In this document: in pieces, positions 1-10,200 of the stretch
Layout: every line of letters begins with the position of its first letter
Position numbering within the stretch: position 1 is the stretch's first letter
Assembly (NCBI GenBank): GCA_951406725.2
Contig: OX597818.1
Location: forward strand, 26,970,001 to 27,034,000
DNA length: 64,000 bases
Direction of reading: 5' to 3'
Origin: Octopus vulgaris
Lineage: Eukaryota
Notes under the pieces: generated by a model
What the model was told of the DNA's origin: nothing
Seen by the model: only the letters and a program-made list of their open reading frames with translations
The model's database searches: none
Position numbers and translations under genes: made by a program

Positions 1-96
1 ACCTCTGAAGCCAGCTTTGCCATGACCAGAACTGGAGTTTCTCTCGAGAAATAAATTTTTTTTCCTAGGCCAGGAAAGAGATGTTCTCTGCAAAGT

Positions 97-314
97 TTAA
101 CCCCCTAGCATTCAGATTACTCTATCATATGCAATGCTTATTTATCCGCATTGTTTTGAATTTATCATACGTTATCTTGTAGCTTTGAGATTTTGATTGT
201 GCTTATTTTTAGAATGACATTGTATGGTAGGTGTGAGAGGCCTGATCTGGTCAGTTTGAACAAAATACAGGGGCTATTTGGGCCTGGTATGGCCGGTTTG
301 AATACTAAAGGTTA
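97..314. mobile_element. piggyBac-type (TTAA) MITE; related copies ~2400-2600, ~22578-22780, ~57540-57720
   Basis: TTAA|CCCCCTAGCATTCA...TGAATACTAAAGG|TTAA ends. The internal sequence recurs in the window. Confidence 0.65.
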
Positions 315-2952
315 AAATGCCCAAGACATGATGACATTACTAAGTGAGAGCATAAAACAATATATAAATTTACAGGCCACATTGTTAACATACTTTGTGC
401 AGGTGTAATGCATTGACTCCTTCTAGCTTATGATTGCACCTTCAAGATGTTTACGGAGAACTTCTATGCAGTCTACCAACAGTTTTTTCCCTCTGGCAAG
501 TGGACTTCTGTTATTGACATGAGGCTATTTTATACAAAATCAACAGATAAAACTTATAAGATTAGTAATTAAGTATTTATACTTAAATGGTGACATGCAT
601 AGAGAAATGAGTTTAAAAATAAATTTTTGTTGTTTCTATTCCAGTTGAAAATAACATGCACCAAAAGGCTAGCTTACAACATACCTGTCAACATTTGTAG
701 TTCAATGATATTGAGAATGCAATAATTTAAAAAAAATAATTCTCAAACTTAAATTTATTAAACCTGTATAGAAAGTTTATATTAAAAATATTTTCAAGTT
801 ACATACATATACAGAAATAAACCTGCATGACAAACAAAAATAAATTATACAATCACATGGGCCAATCAGTGTTATAAATGAAGAAGAAAAAATGAATAAA
901 AAGGGGTGCAAAGATACCTTATGGAAGTTTATTATACTGAATTATTTATAAAAGGTGTTATACTTTTTACTCTTTACCAAATGATAAAATTTTTACTGTA
1001 GGAGAACAAATGAGATTGCTGTATTATCTATACATCAATCTGGAGCGTAACAGATGAGTACCTAAGTTGCTGCTAACTCTGCAAAAAGTACCAGCCATGT
1101 GATGGCAATAAATTCATAGATACTCATACTATATAAAATGTAATTATTTCTGATCAATGTTATTTTTCTTTGAAGTACTAGCCTGCTATCTAGGTGTTAC
1201 TAGCAACTGAAGAGTACCCTGTGATTGCAAATGAAATGTTAGACTCAATGATTACATCTGTTGACATGGAAGATGCACTTAAAACACCCTGCAAGAAAAG
1301 AATTATTAACTTGTGGACAACAAATGCACATACAAGGTATTAAATGCAAAAGCAAGAAGCAATGGTGGTGGTGTGAGCTAAGCATTCATGGTAACTCGTA
1401 AGGGGGTGGGGGTACTTTCATCTTGAGATTCAACTAGGTTTCCAAACTTTTCACTAACAAGGACCCCTTTTATTTAAATGAGTTTTCTCATGGATCCACT
1501 GTACTACTTTTGCAGTCTACAGGTTGGGAACCACTGAACTAGGCTAATGTTCTAGTGCTACCATACCCTAACTTGCTGTTCATCATTTAAAACAGTGTTG
1601 TGTACATCAGCCAAATGGATTGTGGAAACCAGTTGTACTTACTCAGCAGCACATCACTGATATGCTGTATGTGGAAGGTTAATTATGTCAATGGATATGT
1701 ATTTCATATAATTTTTATCAGTTGCATTGAGGTTAAGCAACAACCAAAAACAAGATACCTTGCTGGTTTCAATCATTGTACTGTGGCCATGCTGGGACAC
1801 TGCCTACAAGGGTTTGGTCAATCACCTCAAACTTATTTCATTCTTGCAACCTATTTTCTTGTCCTCCATTTGGCAAATTGCTACATGTGCACACATATTT
1901 ACAATGGACTTCAACTGAGTATGTGTCTAAATTATTCTCACAAAGTATTGGTGATTCTTAGGATATGGGAGAAGATACTTTCCTGAAATACAACACTGGT
2001 ATTGAGCATGGAACCTGAGTCTTTTACAGAGACCTTAACTACATAACATTTCCTATTTAGATACTGAGTTCTAATATCACCACAGCAGACTTTGCTGTTC
2101 AGTGTCACCTCAACTTCAATAATATAAGCATTAGTTGTGTACTCAGTTAATATAGGTGATCTCTCCTGCACCTTCCTCTTCCCCCTCCAAAGCAAGTGTG
2201 TCCCAGTGCCTGAATTTCCTATTTGCACCATAACGAGAACTAAAGACTGGCTTGCTGGATTTACTTTGATTTCAATTTTTTAAATAAATGTTATAGAGTA
2301 AACTCTTGATTTGCTTAAATACAAAGAAGATATTGTGACTGAATATGTGTGGTTGCCAGTTACTAGGAATTGTTGAAATGGGTGTTACTAAATTAACATT
2401 AACACTTAAGCATTCAGATTATCAGAAAACCTATTTATTCACATTGTTTTGAATTAATAATCATGCATTATCTTGTAACTTCAAGATTTCAAAGATGTCA
2501 TTGTTTGTTTTTAGAGTGACATTGTAGGATAGGTGTAAGAAGCCAGATCTAGTCAGTTTGAGCAAAATGGAGTATTGTCTGGCTTAAATGCTAAAGAGTG
2601 AAAGAAGTTATTCAATTAGAGCTGTTGTCATTAGTAAATAAAAAGTCATGATTTTAGACTAGGAAAAATCTAACGTTTTATTTACCATCAAGTAATTAGT
2701 GTAATATTTATAAGTTGCTTATCAACCAAACAGCACTATATTATAGCATTACACATATGTGGAAAAAAAATTGTTCTGAATATAGCTATGAAACCAGATA
2801 TAGTCATGGAAGTTTTCCTGGATTTGTTACTTTTACAGCATTTCATATGTTGAAAACACCTGTTCTTGTCCAATCACTTGAAGTTAAGAAATGTCAAACC
2901 TAATTAGTACTTGGATGGGTGAACTTATGTGCTGTAAGCAAAACATCTAGTT

Positions 2953-3320
2953 AGGCATAGTCATGGCTGTGTGGTTTGAAGTTTGTTTCCCAACCACATG
3001 GTTCTGGATTCAATTCCACTGCATAGCACCTTGGGCAAGTAAGTATCTTTACTATAGCTTTGCATTGACCAAAGCTTTTTGAGTGGATTTGGTAAATGGA
3101 AACTGAAAGAAGCCCATTGTATATGTATATATGTGAGTGCTTGTTCCACCACTTAACAGCCAGTGTTGGTGTGTTTATGTCCCCATAGCTTAGCAGTTCA
3201 GCAAAAGAGAACAATAGAATAATTACCAAGCTCAAAAGAAATGTGTGGATTCGTTTTGACTACAACCCTTCAATGCAGTGCCCCAGTATGGCTGCAGTCT
3301 AACGACTGAAATAAATAAAA
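2953..3320 (+). mobile_element. tRNA-derived SINE, family A
   Basis: tRNA-like head (GGTTCTGGATTCAATTCC) then GCACCTTGGGCAAGT...GGAAACTGAAAGAAGCCC. The same family is at 12845-13240(-), 45165-45510(-), 45525-45870(-) and 63060-63200(-). Confidence 0.75.
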
Positions 3321-3718
3321 CTCTGCTTGTGAAGACCTGTTGGGGCAAGTGAAATCGGAATTGAAATTGAACCAATCCTATGACTGGCACCCGGCAGTTG
3401 CCAGGGCCGCTGGACTGACTCGCGTGCAGGTGGCAAGTAAAGAAACACCGTTTCGACCCTGTGCTTGAGGAGATCCATTGAGTCAAGTACACCAACATCA
3501 AAAATCAATGGAAACTGCAGTTGTGATCCCTGTGCCGGTGGCGCATAAAAAACACCCACTACACTCACGGAGTGGTTGGCGTTAGGAAGGGCATCAAGCT
3601 GTAGAAACACTGCCAGATCAGAGTGGAGCCTGATGCAGCCTTCTGGCTTCCCAGATCCCTGGTCGAACCATCCAACCCATGCTAGCATGGAGAACGGACG
3701 TTAAACGATGATGATGAT
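3321..3718 (+). mobile_element. RTE LINE 3'-end copy inserted in the SINE tail
   Basis: Shares the 3' sequence of 5780-6022 and 61200-61798; ends in (GAT)n. Confidence 0.8.
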
Positions 3719-4699
3719 AAAAAACAATGTATTGACCAGGCTGGCCACAATGCGCTTCCTTGCATTGTTATAGCTATTGAATGATGATAGCCCACTGGCT
3801 AGGTAGGCAGGCCATATGCACACACATATATATTGTGTTGTTAACCGCAGTCAAGTTCTGAGGACAATACTGCTCTGAATCATACTGGGGTGCAATGAGA
3901 CCATGAAGATATTGCACTCTTTCTATAGTTTCAGTCTTTCTGTACTTTCTGGCGATGGACTTGGTTAGACCACAACAACTAGTGTTCAAATACACTTAAT
4001 GTTTATCCTCTGCAGCCAAACTATTTAGGGGCTCATAACACTGTGTGATCTTTAGTTCCAGCTCATTTTTTGTTGATTAGATGTACAACCAAAGGCATTT
4101 CAGCCACAACCACTCAGTCTTGAGTGCAGGAAGCTCAGAGCCACATTCGTTGTTTGACATGTAGAATGTTATTTCTATGCTAGCAGGTCAAACAATCATG
4201 TAGAGGCTTCCTTGGTTCGATGCTGCATTAATACACCAGGAGTTTGGAGGTGGCCTTTCATGTAGTAAAGGTTTGGCCAGGTTGAAGCTTACTGCAGCAA
4301 CAAACTGTACCCCAAGCATGCCCAGGTGTTTTTTGGTAGAGTTCTGGTGTAAGCACCCCATATAACCCCTCATAATTTTTGTATTTTCAGAAAACTACAC
4401 ATGGGAATTCATATGATTATGCAAAAAAAAGTATGATTTAAGGGCAATTTAGCTGGGTTTTTTAGTGCATCTCACGACCACCTGATACCTTCCTCTTTTC
4501 TTTGTCACTCTCACATGTATTGATGTTTTTCAATATTTTTCTCCACATGCACATTTAATGACATGATAATGCACCCATGAGTGTAGGACTTCAAAAAACT
4601 TGGACGGTCCATATTTTTAAAAAATTCGAAAAAGAATGGAAGTTTTAGGATTTATGAGGGGGAAGGGGTTAAAATATTTTCTTTATTAAATATTGTTTT

Positions 4700-6022
4700 T
4701 CCTCTATGCCGATGACCTAGCTCTCATAGCAGAATCACTACCGGAACTAGAAGAGAAATTTCGGGTATGGAAGCAAGGGTTGGAATCAAAGGGCCTTAGA
4801 ATAAATGTAGCAAAGACCAAAGTATTAGTAAGCAGCAAGAGGTACTCAACACACATCCCCTCGGGTAGGTGGCCCTGCTCAACCTGTAGGAAAGGTACAG
4901 GTAGAAACTCCATAAGATGCACCCAATGTAAGTTATGGACACATAAGAGGTGCAGCAACATTAAAGGGAAATTAACAGATAAGATAGCTTTCATGTGCGG
5001 CAGATGCACAGGGACAATAGACACTCAGAAAACAGATTCCATCACACTCCAGGGAGAGAAACTAGAAGTAGTTGATAGTTTCCGCTACCTGGGAGACCAA
5101 GTTAGTAGCGGAGGTGGATGCACAGAGAGTATCACCACTAGAATACGAATAGCCTGGGCAAAGTTCAGAAAGCTCCTACCCCTACTGGCAACAAAAGGCC
5201 TCTCCCTCAGAGCAAAAGGTAGATTATATGATGCATGTGTGCGAACTGCCATGCTTCACGGTAATGAAACATGGGCTGTGACTGCAGAAGACATGCGTAG
5301 ACTTGAAAGAAATGAAGCTAGCATGATCCGCTGGATGTGTAGTGTCAGTGTGCACGCAAAACAGAGTGTAAGTATCCTGAGAGAAATGCTGGATATAAGA
5401 AGCATCAGATGTGGTGTGCAAGAGCGACGCTTGCGATGGTATGGTCATGTGCTGCGGATGGATGAAGAGAGATGTGTGAAGAAGTGCCACTCCCAAACAG
5501 TTGAAGGTATCAGGGGGAGAGGTAGACCCAGGAAGACATGGGATGAGGTGGTCAAGCATGACCTCAGAGCATTGGGCCTCACTGAGGCAATGGCGAAGGA
5601 CCGAGATCTCTGGAGATATGCTGTGACTACAAAGACCCGGGCTGCTTTCTGCAGCAATTCCACATACCCCCCTACCCATTCTAAGTACCCCGGATCCCCA
5701 AAGTACCCCGGATCCCCAAAGTACCCTGGATCCCCAAAATACCCCGATCCCCAAAGTACCCCGAACCTCGTTGCCCCCGTGCCGCTGACACGTTAAAATG
5801 CTCGAATCCGATCGTGACGATGCCGGACCCTCCGGCCCCTGTGCAGGTGGCATGTAAAAAGCACCCAATCCACTCACGGAGTGGTTGGCGTTAGGAAGGG
5901 CATCCAGCCGTAGAAACTCTGCCAGATTCAGACTGGAGCCTGGAGCGGCCCCTGGCTTCCCAGACCCGGTCAAACCGTCCAACCCGTGCTAGCGCGGAAA
6001 GCGGACGTTAAACGATGATGAT
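4700..6022 (+). mobile_element. 5'-truncated young RTE-clade LINE (RT C-terminus with PHD-like finger, 3' UTR, (GAT)n tail)
   Basis: ORF 4693-5796 has LYADDL, FRYLG and RRLRWYGHV...GRGRPRKTW RTE motifs with no stops. The shared 3' end terminates GGACGTTAAACGATGATGAT. Confidence 0.92.
5683..5764 (+). repeat. 18-bp tandem repeat (AAGTACCCCGGATCCCCA) x~4.5 in the LINE 3' region
   Basis: Directly visible; translates as KYPGSP repeats. Confidence 0.9.
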
Positions 6023-6345
6023 AATTGTATGAATTCCCATGTATAGTACAAATTCGCAAAAGATTCCCTGAAAATTTCAAAAAATAAAAAAGTCATGAGG
6101 GGGTTATATGGGGTGCTTAAACCAGAATTCCACATTTTTTTGGTGGTGGTGGGGGTCCCCGTTTTTGTTATTTAGTGTTGGTAATTTGTAGAATGTGTTA
6201 TTTGGTGTTTATTGTAGGCAGATTGGAGCTCCAAGCAAAACTAGCATAGTCCTTTATAGATCTAACGTATCTTTTGTGTACTTCGTTGTTTCTTTCTGCC
6301 TGGCAAATGTAATACCTGCTGACTATATGTATATCAGTTTTCTTC

Positions 6346-6736
6346 GGATCTTTTCGGTTTGAACGGCAGTTTTTTCTAGCGGTGTCATATGAAATTGTCA
6401 CCCATAATTATGACCCTAGTATCGATCTATTGCATTTCAATCTGTTTTAGGGTGGGGGAAGGGTATTTTTTTTCTTCACAAATGTAAATAAACCCAATCT
6501 GTTTCTTAAACGAGGGACATTCATAAGGCACAGAATGTTTTATTACCTCAATAGACGTCAGTGATTGGTTGAAATTGAAGAAAAAATACAACAAATATCT
6601 TACAAACTATAAAATTTTCTCAATAAAACTAAAAAAAAAAGATGTTTTATAAACACGTCTACCAGAATACGAAGTTTAAATTTTTTTAGTTACCTAGAAA
6701 TTATGTTAAAAACTGCCGTTCAAACCGAAAAGATCT
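6346..6736. mobile_element. Mutator-like (MULE) MITE
   Basis: ~28-bp TIRs GATCTTTTCGGTTTGAACGGCAGTTTTT, with a perfect 9-bp TSD GTTTTCTTC at 6337-6345 and 6737-6745. Confidence 0.85.
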
Positions 6737-7039
6737 GTTTTCTTCCTTTTACTTCATCTTGTATGTGTGTTGAGAATTTTGTGAATGTGTTATCATTTTG
6801 TCTTCGGTGAATGGTATGTTTATGTTGTTGACTGTGATGGTCGGTTAAGGAGTCAAGTGGTAACTTGTTGATCTAAGTTTTGGTTAATTTTAATTTCAGT
6901 TCAATTTATGTTTATTGTTTTTATTTTTATAAATCTCTTAATTCAATAAATTTTTTTCGGAATTTTCTTATGCAAGAAGATGCTTACAGATATTATAATA
7001 ATAGCAGTTTAAAAATATTGATATATCACTGTATGAAAA

Positions 7040-7152
7040 AAATGACATGCGGATAAAAAATTGGAGCGATACTTTTTAGGAAGTTGCCGGTATTTCCGGG
7101 TCCATTTATACAGTTTATTAAAATCGAGATTTTGAAACCAAAATAGAGCAAC
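7040..7152 (+). promoter_or_regulatory. THAP gene proximal promoter/5' UTR
   Basis: CpG-retaining sequence with ETS-like GGAAGT and TTCCGG motifs (7079-7100) just upstream of the ATG. Confidence 0.4.
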
Positions 7153-7265
7153 ATGCCTCAATGTTGCGTTCCACAATGTAACAACAGGAGTGAAAACTGT
7201 GATTTATCTTTCTATCGATTCCCGACAGCAGAAATGGACAAAAACAAATGGTTAAAAGCTATCAA
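7153..7265 (+). CDS. THAP gene coding exon 1
   Basis: ATG at 7153, open to the GTAAGT donor. Encodes the N-terminal half of the THAP finger. Confidence 0.88.
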
Positions 7266-10200
7266 GTAAGTGTCAAATGCCGTCAACTTCCAACGCCCAC
7301 AGTCGAACGCTTGGGTCCATCCATTAATCGGTAGAAAACAGTAGTAGATACTGAAACATATGTAAATATTGCGCTAATTGACATGTTTAGAAGTGCATAA
7401 CGTATCTTGATGCGTCTTGGATTAACTGTTTTTATTATAACGGGACTGTGTTTCCAAATCAGGTTGTTGAATCTGAAGATAATTCCATTATAGACGTGAT
7501 AAAAATTGAAAGCATAATTAATTTTGGAACATCCTGATGTACTGATTTGGTAAACGTACAAACGAGTCAATACTTCCAGGCTGCTTTTTCTCAATTTTAA
7601 ACTCTAGTGTGTAATGGATGATTTCATTTCTTTTCTTTTTCTCTGTCTTTCAATACTGTCAGTGGTAGCATGTAATGCGATTGGAAATTATTTCTGTTTA
7701 CATTTTCACCGTGCAGTCGACAACTTAGATTTCTTTCAAATGGCGTTGTCTCGATGTTTGTATTGAACGTTTTCAACGTCCAAGATGTTAGTATCTTTTA
7801 GCGTTTTTCAAATTTCCTTTTTTATTTTAAGTTCTACTCTTTATTTTCATATCTGGGAGGAATTAATATTTCTTTCTCAAGCAAGATGGCGCCTATTCGA
7901 TTGGAAATATCCTACCTTAAAATCTTGACAATTTTATAGATTAAAACTTAATAAAGTAATATTAGATATATTTCTGAATAAAATAGTATCATTTCTTTAC
8001 CCACTGCTTACTTAAAATTGTTTAGGCAAACCTTAATTTGTTAGCATTTCATTTACTCTTACTTTCATTTTATTTTAGTAGTTTCATATATTAATTGGAA
8101 TTTATATATATATATATATATTACATTACCCAATGACAAATTCAATTAGTAAATTATTCAATACTTTATTACTTAATCGTCTGCCTTCACGTTCTGAGTT
8201 CAAATTCCGAGGGCGTCGACTTTCCCTTTCATCCTTTCGAGGTCGATAAAATAAGCACCAGTTGAACACTAGGATTGATGTAATCTTACCCCTCCCCAAA
8301 TTTGCTGGCCTTGTGTCAAAATTTGAAATCAATATTTTATTACATAATGTTGACATCTTTTAACTCAACACAAGGCCAAGTTTTTGTAAGGATTAGAGAA
8401 TAATAATTACACAAATCCCAGCATATTGCTGGTATACTCTTTATCGATCTGGTGGGAATGAAAGTCAGGGTACAATAAGATGTAAATAACGCTTTTTCGG
8501 TTCTGCATTCTTCCCACACTGTTTAGATATATAGAATTGCAAAATTTTCCTTTCATTTTTGACAAATATACACACATACACTCACGTGTTAACTAAACAG
8601 GCGCCCGTACTCTCACGTACTAGCTTAACAGGCGCCCGTACACACACGTCTTTAAAGTGAATGTTGGTATTTACTCTCACTTGTTGAATTTATGGTTAAT
8701 TTCTACGTTTGTTCATTTAATCAGAGAAAATGAGGGGCCTATTTCGCTTATCTTAATTCATTGGAAAAGCGGACTCGTCTCCGAGTGCAAGAATAATTGT
8801 GAATCCGATCTCCACGCAGATATTCATGTTCATCCGTCAGTACTTAAGGTTAACAGCAACAGATCATAGCATTTCTGAATTTTCTTCGTGACATTCCTGA
8901 CTATATCCTCATCTAATCCACAATAAACGATTGGAGATCTTACAAGAGTGCTCACAGAATTTACCTATATGCAATAATGTAAGCTGGACGAAAGAGATAC
9001 ATTTTATTGTTACGTAACATTTTCTTAAGAATTTTAATGTTACACAATAATATTTATTCTTGTTCTAGCTTTTGTATATAAAAAGTTTAACCAATATTCT
9101 ATTTCCACGAACTACACATTAAATATCAAAGAACTCTCAGTGGCTTGCAAACTGCAGAAGAGCCTCAAAATGAGATTATTTTTAATTAATAATGAATTTT
9201 CTTTGTGCCATAATTTTGTCCATTTAAAGCACATACATTCACTTTTAAACTAATATTTTTCGATTATTCTGTACATTAACAACTTGCTTATTGTAATCTC
9301 TAACAATTCCTAAATAACTACTCTTCTTTAATGCTCTTTAATCTTTTTCACTTATGCGTTATTCACACCAAACTTGTACTGCTTCCAATATTTTCCAATA
9401 AAGATGTAAAAAAGGATCTTGTCTCTTTCTATTGAAAGACAGATAAAATCGCCGTTTATATCAAAAAAATATTCTTCACCCTCGTTGCTCTTGGACGAAA
9501 CAAAACCCATAATTTCTTGGCCTTACCATCTCTGCTGGATATTCCTGGCACTCCAACATACAAACCTGTAAAAATCCCAGATACTAACTTTTCTCTTCAA
9601 AATGAGAAAATATTTCAGCTCTAACCAGTTGCTGACTCTCAACAAGGTTCAAGTGAGGCCCATGATGAGATGGTATTTCTCCTACTCATATAAACATTCA
9701 AGAACACATCCAAAATAAGACCATCAGGCTGATTGACAAATATTTGCTCAAAAATGCACTTCAACCTCTGGCACATATACATACTGTCTCCTTTCTTTTG
9801 CTTAACTAATTAGTTACATACCATCTCCATCTTTCCTCCATAATTCAATTAGTAAATTATTCAATACTTTATTACTTAATCGTCTGCCTTCACGTTCTGA
9901 GTTCAAATTCCGAGGGCGTTGACTTTCTCTTTCATCCTTTCGAGGTCGATAAAATAAGCACCAGTTGAACACTAAGATTGATATAATCTTACCCCTCCCT
10001 ATTATGTCTCACTATTTAAGACCTGCACTAATAATGACTGGTTAAACCTTCCAACACAGAGGGTTAACCATCTGGAATTTCCCCCTGCTAAGTATAGAAA
10101 GAATTTTAATGGTCATCAATGCAGCTCCTTCCAACTAGCTAAACCATATTTATTAAAATAAGGTGTCAAACTCTTTCACCATACATGTACCATCTAGTTA

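Larger units (their letters stand above)
4339..6130. mobile_element. MITE with long TIRs, split by the RTE LINE
   Basis: 4339-4410 (GAGTTCTGGTGTAAGCACCCCATATAACCCCTCAT...CATGGGAATTCATA) is the imperfect reverse complement of 6021-6130. Confidence 0.75.

Noticed and set aside
2960-3030. tRNA-like A/B boxes at SINE heads
   Set aside because: No complete cloverleaf, and they continue into multi-copy SINE bodies, so they are not tRNA genes.
5683-5764. Regular 18-bp repeats, and the repeated modules at 61200-61640, as a CRISPR-like array
   Set aside because: Head-to-tail tandem units without unique spacers, inside a eukaryotic LINE 3' region, with no cas genes.
5224-5982. 252-aa minus ORF and the 4704-5024 ORF
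   Set aside because: Antisense shadows of the RTE LINE ORF and its 3' UTR.
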